In this document: positions 46,708 through 58,480 of the stretch, one piece after another
How the letters are laid out: each line of letters starts with the position of its first letter
How positions within the stretch are numbered: position 1 is the stretch's first letter
Assembly (NCBI GenBank): GCA_002633005.1
Contig: NMRA01000059.1
Location: 771,150-835,149 of the forward strand
Direction of reading: 5' to 3'
Length of the DNA stretch: 64,000 nucleotides
Origin: Phoronis australis
Taxonomy: Eukaryota; Animalia; Phoronida
Notes under the pieces: generated by a model
What the model was told of the DNA's origin: nothing
Database searches by the model: none
Seen by the model: only the letters and a program-made list of their open reading frames with translations
Translations under genes and position numbers: made by a program

Positions 46708-49700
46708 CTGAAAAAGATAAATCCTATATTCATAGTTATTGTCAGAATATGTAGAACACAGGCTACCCGAACTACACGGCTCATGCACTTGTAAAGTATT
46801 CACTGTCTCAATAATGAACACGGCTCGTCGTCCTGTAAATACTTGCCTGGACGCCCAAAACACGATTTAGGCGCCTAAAAAGCACGAGTCTTTGACTCGC
46901 ATCAACTAACAAACGGCACGTAAATATGCCATTTACTGGACATAATATACCCTTCTGCAGTGCCATCTGTCGACACACTTATAGTTTCGAGAGAAATCTA
47001 TATATTTTTCTATAATTTGGTATCGTGTTTGTGATTTTTTGTGCAAATAAGACAGATTCAACATAATATAATTAAATCTGTTTCTCTTGTGTAGTTTTTA
47101 ATCAATAACGAAATATGGTTGGTCCAAAGAATACCCCCGGCCCAAAACAAAAAGTCGAGAGTACTTAAACATGTCATCTCATGGAAGTGGGCAGCAAAGA
47201 GTCAGTAGGCCGCGTTTACAGGTATAGTACCAGAGCCGTGTTCCTTAGTGAATGTGAGTCACCGAGCCGCGCCTTGTGTGATGCGTAAACCCTGTTCTGC
47301 GCGGGTACGAGTTTCCTTGCAAGGAATAAGAGTGTGAGGCGTGTAGCATGAAACAAGGACACTTTGGAAATTATGCGTGCGTTCCGTAGAGTCGAGAATC
47401 TCGTGAAAATTTGAGAACAAACAATACTTCGCAAGATATCACCATGTGTTTCAAGCGAAGCACGTGATCACAAATAAGGGTGTGTGTGTGTGTATGTTTT
47501 ATTTGAACATTTTCGACAGAGCAGTCCGCATGAAATATGATAACGACATTTGAATTCTCACGATCAAGTTACATTAAAAGAAAACGAACCTAAAGCAGCA
47601 CGAATTTAGCCCGAAATCAATTATAATTTAATTTCGTTCGATATGATTATATGACGGCATCTTTTAATTTATTCTATTCAAAGCAAACTCTTACTTGCAG
47701 ACTTGAAGCGACCTCCCATGGAGTACTGTGGAGCAGAAATCTTTCCAGTTCTCGTGAGAACGTGGTTTACTCCGACATAATGTGAGGATTGGTTCACGTA
47801 ATTGGTGTCTGAAACAAGAACCTATTTGACTCATTCGACTCCGATAAAAGGGTTGTAAAAGAAACACGTGTCATATAATGAAGAGTAAACCTGAGTGGAG
47901 TTCAGTAACGCTAGTGTCTCCTAGAAAAGCAACATCTCGCGAGAATATGCGAGATATTACCGTAATAAGAGCACCTAGAGTTTTCTCGCAGCTTGACAGT
48001 TATTGATCTCTACCCCATATCAACATTTTCACAGACGTACTTTGATTCTTTTTAAACCAATATCGTGTTTCAATAATTTGTATGAATTGAAATTGGTTTC
48101 CCCAGAAATTCCTTTGTCGGCCATAATAGATTGCCTTGGCCACTGAAACTAACCCGCCGTGACTGAGCTTGGTCTGAAGAACTAACGACTTTTAAGTCGT
48201 TAGTGCTTCAGGCCAGGCTAAGTCACTAATGATTTCTGAACTTGTACAGAACTTTTAAAAGTCCTGTACAAGTTCAGAAATCATTAGTAATCTGAATAAG
48301 GAACAAGGCGAAACTGATATTAAAACAGTAAGTGGTCTGAACCAAAAGTTGGTTTCTGACAGAAGACAAGGGTTTGATTCTCCTTGATGACAATAGATTA
48401 CATAAATATTAATAGCGTTAGAAATAATCACAGTAAAAGTAATTGTAATGGTAGTAGTTAGTAATAATCATCGTCGTCATAAATAGAAGATGAAGAGGAA
48501 CGGAAGAAGAAGAGGACGAAAAATAATAATAAAATAATATCAGAGGAGTGACCACGTGACAAACCAAGGATGCCGCAAGGGAGGTCTCACCACAATTTTT
48601 GGAGAGAATAATTTCTCGCCACTCTCTGATCGCTGGTGACGTTTCTTTTTGTCTGGTCCGGAGTGGTGCCCCCTACCCCCNCTACTCGCGTCTTTAAAAA
48701 CCCATTATGTTGAAACCTCTTCAAATGTACGTTTGCGTACATGAAAGTGTGCTTTTACATGCACGTAACTTTGCTAAGACTCCTTTTTGTCCTCGGCTTT
48801 GAGGTGCCACACAATACACTTTAGGTCAGGCTAAAGTCACAACTTTCTAAACTGGAATAGATTAAGGTTGTGTTGGTTACCATCTGTCTCCTTTTCAGAG
48901 GTGTTCTGTTGGAGTAATGTTTTAGTTGTTGTGACTTCAAAAGAGTGAAACAATACAAGGAATCCTTAAGGGTTTGTCTGTCGGAAATCTGCTATTGGCT
49001 TTTCTCGTCTTGAATTAAACACTGAAAGAAGTATCGGCTACCTTAAATACCTCTGCAGGCATTATACGATTGAAAATCGAATTCTTTTGTTTGAACAAAT
49101 ACAAGCTAATCGAAGGCGAATATGCTCTTGTGTCCGATTTGTTCACAGTCGGTAATCAGGTATTTAATTGATTTATAGTAATTAGAGATGACGCGATATG
49201 TTTGTTAATTTACAAATGAGGAGAAAAAAATTCCGACGTAGGCCACAAATAATGTATTTTGCTACCAAACCACACTTATGTTTTTGAAAAGTGGGCCGTG
49301 CGAGATGCAGACTGCATTTTAAGTCGTTAAACCAGGGTGCAAAACCTTGCGTCAAGTAAATTATAAGCAGGTTACTGACGCCGGTGTATTGACGGTTTTC
49401 ACAAGGTCAGTTCCAAAACTTTTCCCTGACATATCTGACAGAGGCACATGTAACGACTGCCGGCGATGATTTGTAATGGGCAACAAATGAAAATCTTGAT
49501 TAGGGCAATATCTTTAAGAGCTAAGATTTCTTCTGCCAACCGGGTTGATTTGGCTCCTCAAGTGCGTCGTAAACTGTGTCTGTATTTTGAAGATTGGTCA
49601 TTGTTTTTGTTTGAATAGGAAGAAATGAAAATATTTCTAACATCAAGATAAGCAAGGATAGCGATTACTCGCCAACGTGAAAACTAAAGCGAATTTGCTA

Positions 49701-52700
49701 CTCAGAATGGCCGAATGATATCACCTCTGTGTCGACTTCCAAATGAGAATGCTGGTTGCCATGGTTTCGTTGGGTCAGACGTTTTGTTTCCAATGCTTGT
49801 TGGTAAGCTGTAGGCTGCCGGCCCAGGACCTAGGTACAACAAAAATAGAACAAATTTGATAGGATAGTACATGTAATGTAGACACAACTCTACACATTGA
49901 TCGCCTGTTTCACAAAATTTGAATTTATAATGAGATGCGTGCGCAGTCACTACCATATGTGATCCTGAGTTAGTACAGGAACACATCGAGAAGCAGGTTC
50001 AACTATCGGTGATAAGGTCATGAAATTTCCAAACAAAACTCCTAAGCTATCTTTAATGTTTTGGGGTCCAAGTATAACTCTCCATTTTTAACATTATAAT
50101 GATTGTACATGAACCGACTTTCACATTATTATCGGGAAGCAATGAAGAAATTATAACTTCATCACAATACACAAAGATGTCTAATAAATCACCAATATAA
50201 AATGTACAAACCAATTGACAGTGTTTATTACTCCACTACAGTAACTATCTTCCCCAGTCATGTTAACAACCTCTTACCGGCGATACTCGCAAGATTCCTA
50301 ATAACATGTGCTCTTCGCGATCTGAGCAGCCGGTGTCACATAATAATAGTCTTCTACATTGTAAATAGCAAAAGAATACCTTTGAATATGGTTGTCTATG
50401 AAAACATAAAAGAAAGAAAAACAATCGCTTGGAAGAAAAACAAGCAAAAATGAAACATTTGATGTCCATGGAGAATTCGGATAAACAACTAAATGGCATA
50501 TTAGTTGTATATCAATCGGAGTTAGTCGAGTAATTTACACTGTTGTGATTAGTCACGAGTTTGGTAGTTGGGAAATGTACAAGACAGAACATTGTCAGGT
50601 GCCACGTTCCAAACTGGATAATAAACTGTGGCACTTGAGAGCATGATGGACGAATTTAATAGGTAGGATATCCGGAGTTCTCATGAGAGATTCAAATTTA
50701 GATGTCGTGGGAGAATGACAAAACCGATCACTTAAGTAATTAACCCGAAATACTCGGTAAGCACTGCAAACTAACACACCGTGCTCTTCTTCCTCTACAT
50801 AACTCATCCAGTTTTCATATGGAATATTTGTGTGGCGACCTCTTTCCAATAGTAACGAAAAAACATCGCAATCGAGGCAAAGACTGGATAAAAACACGTG
50901 GGATACTAACTATTTCTAGATAATTCTCAAGACAATACATTGTTTTATATCTCACATAGTAAGGCAGTTTTGAGTTACATTCGATATCAGATTGCCAGCC
51001 TTGCAAGTAACAGTCGTTGACACGTTGAGAAATACGCTTGGTTTACCATACCCTGATTAACCCTACATCTGAAAAACCATAGCCCTACACAGACAGAAGT
51101 TTCCTTACAAAACTTGCCCAATTATAGAAAGATTTTCCGATCAGGTCTGACTGAAAAAGCATATCATATGCAGCCTTTACCCCACGATTACTAGGCATCT
51201 CCAGTATTTTGAAGCAGCATTTTATACAGGATACAAAATATTTAGTAAACAATGGGAATCGACCACATTCTCCCATAATTGCCGAGTTTGAACAACAACT
51301 GCCTACTCCTAAAATGCGTTTACAAAACTTGATATGTACATTTTCCAATTGTTCATATACTTAAAGCCCATATCTCAACACCGTAACACAGAGAGGGGTA
51401 AACCATTTTATCGAACAAGTGAAAGGTTATTGACGGGGGCAGATCACGACATCTTCGCTTTAATTTACAACTTGCAGAGGCAGCTTTATATGCTTGACTA
51501 GATAAGGCTTTAATGGCTTTGGTCCACGAAACTTTTGGAGTAATAAGTAGTCCAAGGTATTTGTAATGAGGCACCACATCAACCAACGTTCCATTGTAAA
51601 ACCATTTCTCATATCGTCTAAGGGGGCCGCCATTTCTGAAAACGACCACATTAGTTTTCTTCAAGTTTACTTGCGTGCCCCATGATTCGCAAAATTCTGC
51701 CGAACAATTAAGCATACGTTGTAAGTCGATGGTGGTGGAGGAACATAACACCATGTTGTGTGCATACAGTAGGGAGTTAACTTTTGGCATTTGTTCGCTG
51801 AGATACGTGCTAGTAATATTACGTTTCTCACTCAGTTGATCCAGAAATTCATTTAGATACAGCATAAATAATAATGGGCTGATCATGCAACCCTGGCGAG
51901 TGCCATCAAAGTAAGACAATCTTGAGTTTTCACACAAGTGCGCAACTTACTATACATAGAGCGGATTACGTTGAAAATTTTACCATGCACGTCAATGTTT
52001 TTCAATCCAGGGAAGAGTAAATTATGTGGGATTTAAACGAATGCCTTCGAGAAATCCAAAAAGGCATAGCAAAATCTCCAAACCTGCCGACTCAAATACT
52101 TGTGGCACATAGCTTGAAACTTGGTCAACCGTAGAGTAGCCTTTCGTAACCCAGCTTGAGACTCATAAAGTTTATCATTATTTTCTGCCCAGTAATAAAG
52201 ACGATTATTTAAAAGTTTGGTAAAAGTTTTCCCAAAGCAGACACCAGGGAAATACCTTTATAGTTACTTCCGTCATTGATATTACCTTGTTTATCTACTG
52301 GAGTAAGCAACGGCGTCACACCAAGTCTGAGGATAATACCCAGAATCTAAAATTGCATTAAATAACTTATGCAAGACTGGTACTATCGTTACCTCATTGC
52401 ACTTCATCATTTCAAAAATCACGCCATCATAACCCCAGCCTTGCCATTAGGCAACTGTCCAATGGCCTCATATATTTCAGGAGGCAAAGAATCAGTATTA
52501 AAATCAGTTGTTAGTACACTTTCACAAGAAGTATCATGTTCAATCATTTCTTGTGTGGCAAATTCACTCAAAGACTCGTCAGTAGAAAAGTTTCGTTTCA
52601 ATAAATTCTTGAAATAGTCGTGCCATTTCTGCGGACTAATTGTAGAAGACATACGGTATGTCCGAATATTGGATTTAATTATTTTCCAGAACTCCTTAGG

Positions 52701-55700
52701 GTTTTTTTGGAACATTTAATGGCTTCAATAAGTCGGGCTTCATAAGCATTCTCTTTCTGTTTAAACAGATCACGGAAAACTTTCTTTTTTATTTTTTACG
52801 CGTTAAGGTAAAATACCAGTTTTAAAGACCATATTTTTGTTCGTTTGGCCGAAGCCAATTTATCATCCCAACAGGGTGGCTGCTTTGTCGCCGAGTTTCG
52901 ATTTACTTTAGTCTGACTTTTAGTTATGGAACTGACCGCATTATCTAGATTGCCATTAGCCACCGAGCTATCCACGACCACCGTACAATTCTCGGCCCCA
53001 GTTGAAAAAACCCGAGAGAATGCCTGAGCTCCCCCACTGAATCCGGCTATGCGAGTGTAACAATGGATCCATAGGAGGATTGATCTGTGACCTACATGTA
53101 CAACACCTAAACTTACAAATAACTGGTAGATGATCAGATTCATCCCATTCACCCACAACATAATCCTCTACTAAATCAAATAGTTGTGTAGATAATAATA
53201 CATAATCCACAAGACTACGTCCGCCACCCGACAGACAGGTAAACTCACCCCTGGTCAACGGGGAAACGACCGTTGACAATATGAATACAAAGTTCGTGAC
53301 AATACTCAATGAGAGTTTTACCGAAATTGTTTACAACTTCGTCCTGAGAATTCCTAGGCAAACTAAATGTATCCGCTTCACACCAGTCCTGGCATGGAAA
53401 ATATTTTGGGCTATCATCTAAAATGAAGTCTAACAGATTCCCTGTTCTGGCATTGAGATCGCCCACAATAGCCAACGAACAATCACTGAAAGAATCAGTC
53501 AAGTTTGTAATCTCTCTATACAACAATAATATACCGCTGTTCTCTGGTGAACCTGTACCATCAGAATATGAACTTGAGCCCTCAGGGGGTAAATAAACAA
53601 AAAACATCAAAACATCCTGAACAACACCAAATAGTTCCCTTTCGCATTTCAAACAGACACTAAAGGGAAACTGTGAATGTATGCGCTTGAAATATTTAGA
53701 AATTGATTGTTTAACGAAAATACTAACGCCTCCAGATTGTCTACCTTTTCTTTTGTTCTTATTATAACATAGATTAAACGAGACAGACAGCTCAAATTGA
53801 TTTGAGCGTTTTGTCCATGTTTCATAGATACAAATATTATCGTAAGTAGATATGTATATTTGAACGTCGTCCCTAACAATTTTATTTTCTAATCCTTGTA
53901 CATTCCAAGAAGCCATTGAAAGTGTAGGGCCATGGCCTGACCACTAGTAACCTGCTGCGCCATTCACTTCAGGTCTTTAAACACCAGTTTCCGGGAGTTA
54001 TCCAGAAACCATAACCATTGGCTTGCCCTCGATCACCTTGTCTGATTCGATATTGTACACATAAATACGACCTTGGTATATTAATTTGTCGTACCTAATC
54101 TTTGCATTTGTCCAGCTCTTACCAAGTGAGAATTCATACAGACGCCGCCTCGCCGTCCTGAGTGACGAAGACATCAGTGTTATTGTTGTTATTCTGTAGA
54201 ACCTTGTCTTTAATTATCTTTAGACCTCCATTTTGCTATTATCGGACGGTGTTTATTTGCAGTTTTGCGGCCAAATCTGCGAGATCGTTCGATTATGACA
54301 CGATAAACATCCAGGCAGTCCTTCAAAAAATCGGTAACTTTGGACTCAGACTGTTCCCACGATTCGTGATTCTCCTCCGGTATGCCATGAAAGATCAAGT
54401 TGTCGAGTCTTGATCGATTCTCTAGGTAGTCTAGTTTAGACTCAAGATTTTTCACCTTTTCATGTAGACGACAATTTTCCTCTCGTGTTACGCAGTAGCC
54501 GCTTGTCACAGAGCATCAAGTTCTTTAAAAGCATCTGATTTCAAGCTCTCAAATTTATCATTCAAAAGTTTCAATACTGAGCTCCCTGTTAGAAATGTCA
54601 GGAGTAGACGGGTTCGATTGAGATAGATAAGACGTGATCCCCGGGTTTGCGGCCTACTGCTGGTTGGAGTGTTCTTGAGAGGCATACTCGCTTGTTCCCT
54701 GCCTGCCGGTTGGTAGTCAGTTGGCAGCACGCACTTAATTTTCCTCGGGAAATTTTTTACACCGACGTTTCTGATTGGCTAGTCGAATTCTCAACAGGCA
54801 GCACTTTACGCTAACAAACTGGCATTATAGATACTCTATAGTCTATGCTGGCATGACTGATGGACTGAAGTGTGAATGTGGTCTGTTGTACAGACAAATC
54901 GGTGCTTGAAATTTATGTTCAGGAAATGTGAATCCTAGAAATTGTGGTTGCGCCTTTTCGGAATGCATCTTTCTACTGTCGATGACTTTTGTTTACGCTA
55001 CTGTCCTATATCATACAGTATGAATAACACACCGGTTAAATCGGCCAAATGTGTGTTTATTGTACTTGTATGTACTTCAAGCACGCGGCTATTAAACATC
55101 ACTGCAGAAACGAAATAGTTGTTGGGACGCCACTTGCATGGCGAGGCTAAAAATCGTTCGCAGTCCGCCGTTTTTTCACGGTGTTGTAAAGGTAATCAAT
55201 GACTGCTGAGATTACATTTACCAATGCTAAAGCGCGTACCACTGTGTGATACCTGCGTGCTGGCTAGGCACGTAGGGGTCAGCGAGGGGAGGCATGTTGA
55301 GAGATCGATTACGTAAGAGTAGCTTCACATCGATGTACAGTACTGTAGGTCGAGAATATCAAAATGTCCGACCACTGTTTCAGTAATACCTTGTGACAGG
55401 CGAACGTTTGCAGTAAGAGAATATAAACACACGCACTGGACTTAACCCACCAAACAGCACTACCACAAAACAAAGTCTTTCTGGCTTTATAGCAAATAAA
55501 CTGCAGAAGCCAGATTACGATTGCATAAAACACAAAATTAGGGAGAGACAAACTTCAAGCGTGGCAATACTACGACAACGCCACCTGACACTGCAATGCC
55601 GCTCCAGCAACTGTCAAAAATTGAAAAATTGCTCGCGTTCACCTTGTCGACCGCGTTCATTAAACTCATGTTGTCTGGTTCCATTTATTGACACTTTTTT

Positions 55701-58199
55701 CAGATCCCAGAATGCAATAGTTACAGCAATCTAAATGTCTCATGTTTAGTTTGAAAATGTAAAACTTCTAAACACGTTAGGAAGGTTTTGAAAGTACTCG
55801 AGGTGTTCCGGATGGCGTGGTGGGAATTCGTCGGCAGCAGTCGACTTTTGGGTGAATTCAGCTACCATGGCACCATCTGTGAGCCGTTATAGTTTTTGAT
55901 AAGAAATTAAGTGTCCGTCTAATTTTGGGGAAACGACTTGACGAAATTTTCCGAAACTTGACGCAGGGTTAGTTATGTGGTGGGAATGCGTTCGCACTAG
56001 TCAGGTTTCGGACGGAGTCGATTACAGCTTCACTCCCTGTGGGTCGTTTCAGTTTTCGATGAGAAGTTACGGTGTTCGTCAATTTGTTGCCTTTGCTTTT
56101 CCAACCATTACAAATTTTGGTAAATGGTTATGTCGGTTGCGACGATCAGCTGGCACCAGTCGATTTCTGGACGGAATTGGATACAATAAAATTTATTCCT
56201 GTGGAATTTTGCCAAAATGGAGAATAGAATTATGTGGTGGAAATTTGCCGTCAACATTCGCTTTTCAGACGGATTCGATTGCCATGGCAACATCTTTTGT
56301 CCGTTTTAGTTTTCGATGAAAATTTCAGTTTTAGGCGAGACGACCTGACAATTTTTGCTGAAACATGAGGCTGAAGCGTGCACTGGAATGCGCCGAAGCG
56401 CACCAGTCGATTGTGGGTGTTGATAACCTTTTAACCCTGTGTGTGCGAGGACACCAGTTAACTTTCGTACGAATTTAAATACTCCAGCACCTCCTGTTGC
56501 CATATTAGTTTTTACATGATACTGCTTGTCAGTGGATTATGGTCAAAAGGCTTGTTGAATTTTAGTGGATCTTGTCATAGGGGTTTACATGTATGGCTCG
56601 GATGCGTCGGCACTGAGTTGATTATCAGACACATTCAACTACTGTAGCACCGCTGTTGGCCATTTTAGTTATTAAAGAGATATTGCTTGCCCTTTGATTA
56701 ATGTCAAAACGGCTTAACAGATATTTTATGTGTCCTTAACAGAGAGGTATGTGGCTGGGATGCACCAGCGCTATCGCACTTTCAGCTTTGTCATCATAGT
56801 AACTAAATTAAACCGATTATACTACATGAAACTATTAAGCACCCCTGGCTCTGGAAAAGCATTGTTTCTGGTGCATCAGAGGGTGTATTTCAACGCTTTG
56901 CCTTTCTCTGGAAACAACTATTCTCTATTTTAGTTTAACCTTCACAATATTTCTTACTGAAGGATGCATTTCCAGTTGGGTTCGTTACGAAGACAATCAA
57001 TTTTGAGTTATGATCACGTTTACTAAAAGCAAAAAACAAAAAATGGTTGTGTTACGGGAAGAAAGTTCTATAAAAGGGTGACTGTTTTAATGGCAGTCGA
57101 TTTCCTTTTTCATGTCCACACGAAGATGGATCGAGCAGCCCCCTTGCGTCAAAATTATTGAAGTTTTTCTCTGGTCAACGCAACTGGCGTGTGCTCTTGG
57201 CTGTCAACATTTGACTGAATTGCGAAACTACGTTGTAAACGTTCACATCACTACAGTTATACTACTACAACTATACAAACGAATGGATCGATTCGGTTCC
57301 ACTACGTGTTTTTTTTTGCTTGAATGACTACAATTTCTTTGTACCTCAGGACATGATACAAAATGAGTTATGGTCGTTTGATTTGTATTATCTCAGGGCG
57401 GCGATGTTGTTTTTGAAATTCTCATAAGTCCTACATAATTTACTAATTCTGAGAAACAAAACAACAAATTTATTGTAGACGTTGATTGTAAGTACAGAGG
57501 CAGCAGGGTGAAAGTATGGCAACCGAAAGTCTACGTGCTCAATTTTGAAAAAGTCGATATTGCTACATTTTACGGCTCATTTAAAATAACACATTTAGAC
57601 AATTGTAATAAACAAAAAATTGGATATAGCTACCGTCAGCTATAGCATCATGAGTTTAGGACCAGCCTGTCTGATGCAACTTAGTAACCAATACTGCAAT
57701 AGAAATTGTTTTAATATTGACATCTGTCAGTTATGATCCTGTTTACATTTATTGCTCTTATATTTGTTAATCTGCCTGCGGATAACGTTTCCCTTTGCGG
57801 GTAGTGCCTGTATCACTTGTATCATTAGTAAGATGGAATAAACAATTAAAAGCAACATGGTTGTCGGCAACTTGCCAAAATTCAATTTTCTGATGTAAAA
57901 GTTAAGAAATTTCCGAACTTCTGTTGGCTCAGTCGAAATCAATCACTGATAAATAAATGAAATTACCAAATTCCACAATAAAACAAAAACTTTAGCTATA
58001 TTTATAGAGTACGAAAACCAAGACAGTTATGAAACGGTTTTAAAACAAATGTTGAGAACTTTCGGTATTACTTGGAAGTAATTTCACTTAGAAAAAGCTA
58101 GTTAAATATAATCTAACTAAAGCAGCTCAAAAGATAACTTTACTTACTTTTCTTTTTTGCCTCGATTGGAATGTCTTTCTTCTCAAACGGTGCGGGCAT
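46226..58199 (-). CDS. ODF3: Gene B (whole span, 4 exons, 250 aa): ODF3/SHIPPO-1 (CIMAP1) family ciliary microtubule-associated protein
   Basis: Exons 58148-58199, 49725-49829, 47695-47808 and 46226-46707 splice in phase (753 nt). PGP-xx-Y SHIPPO repeats and the C-terminus FSIGVRHSEFVMPVMTDVDI are typical of the ODF3 family. The symbol is family-level only. Confidence 0.85.
47695..47808 (-). CDS. ODF3: Gene B exon 3
   Basis: cag/gtaaga sites, phase 1-1: TNYVNQSSHYVGVNHVLTRTGKISAPQYSMGGRFKSA. Confidence 0.85.
48159..48288. repeat. Two back-to-back palindromes (about 68 bp and 64 bp)
   Basis: 48159-48226 has 33-bp arms with 4 mismatches. 48225-48288 has 32-bp arms with 1 mismatch and no spacer. 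Confidence 0.9.
49725..49829 (-). CDS. ODF3: Gene B exon 2
   Basis: tag/gtgata sites, phase 1-1: PGPAAYSLPTSIGNKTSDPTKPWQPAFSFGSRHR. Confidence 0.9.
50650..53916 (-). pseudogene. LINE ORF2 (endonuclease plus reverse transcriptase), frameshifted
   Basis: Fragments in ORFs 53245-53916, 52968-53309, 52419-52715, 51353-51937, 51085-51348 and 50595-50897. The catalytic YADD has decayed to YAHN. Confidence 0.9.
54030..54730 (-). pseudogene. LINE ORF1 remnant (coiled coil plus RRM-like)
   Basis: ENCRLHEKVKNLESKLDYLENRSRLDNLIFHGIPEENHESWEQSE...IERSRRFG...RPIIAKW. Confidence 0.8.
54735..55290. repeat. Dispersed repeat, inverted copy of about 33600-34165
   Basis: Colinear reverse-complement similarity over about 550 bp. 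Confidence 0.8.
55790..56470. repeat. Repeat element with diverged internal direct subrepeats
   Basis: 55885-56000 (gttatagtttttgat...gaaacttgacgcag...ggaatgcg) resembles 56300-56410 (gttttagttttcgat...gaaacatgaggctg...ggaatgcg). Confidence 0.5.
58148..58199 (-). CDS. ODF3: Gene B exon 1
   Basis: accATG, MPAPFEKKDIPIEAKKK, donor gtaagt, phase 1. It joins exon 2 to give IEAKKKSPGPAAY. Confidence 0.8.
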
Positions 58200-58265
58200 G
58201 GTCGTAGTCGTTTACTGACTTCGTACACAAGTCCCGTGCTGCGTTGTCCGATCGGTTCAATTCGG

Positions 58266-58480
58266 CCTTATTGGCTGCGAAATGGAACCCTTCAGAACAA
58301 GCGACCAGCGTGAAATGACAACTTGACTAGAAGCAATTGCACTTTCAGCCCGACACAAACACGAGGGTAACTGCGTTACCATGTTACTGCCTGCTGAGCC
58401 GTAAAGTGTGAACAGCGCGGGAGTCCCCGGAGAATCTATACGGTTGCCAAGTGTAGGAGAAAGACCGTGTGACGTCACCC
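58266..58480 (-). promoter_or_regulatory. Putative gene B promoter: CCAAT box, RFX X-box-like motif, CRE
   Basis: cagCCAATaag (minus strand, 58270-58274), gttaccatgttac (58375-58387), gttgccaag (58443-58451) and tgacgtca (58470-58477), all in a CpG-richer patch upstream of the ATG. Confidence 0.55.

Larger units (their letters stand above)
50600..54730 (-). mobile_element. Decayed near-full-length non-LTR retrotransposon (CR1/L2 group, Crack-like) in gene B intron 1
   Basis: ORF1 remnant (coiled coil, then RLDNLIFHGIPE and RPIIAK), APE endonuclease (SWNVQGL, GDLNARTG, DYVL, SDHLP), RT (GTRQGCMISPLLF, YKYLG) and C-terminal ERGRH...EEEEH. Many frameshifts; ends are approximate. Confidence 0.93.

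Noticed and set aside
50278-50345. Candidate first exon of gene B with gtaag donor
   Set aside because: Its ATG frame is phase 0 while exon 2 needs phase 1. 58148-58199 fits with a good ATG context and promoter.
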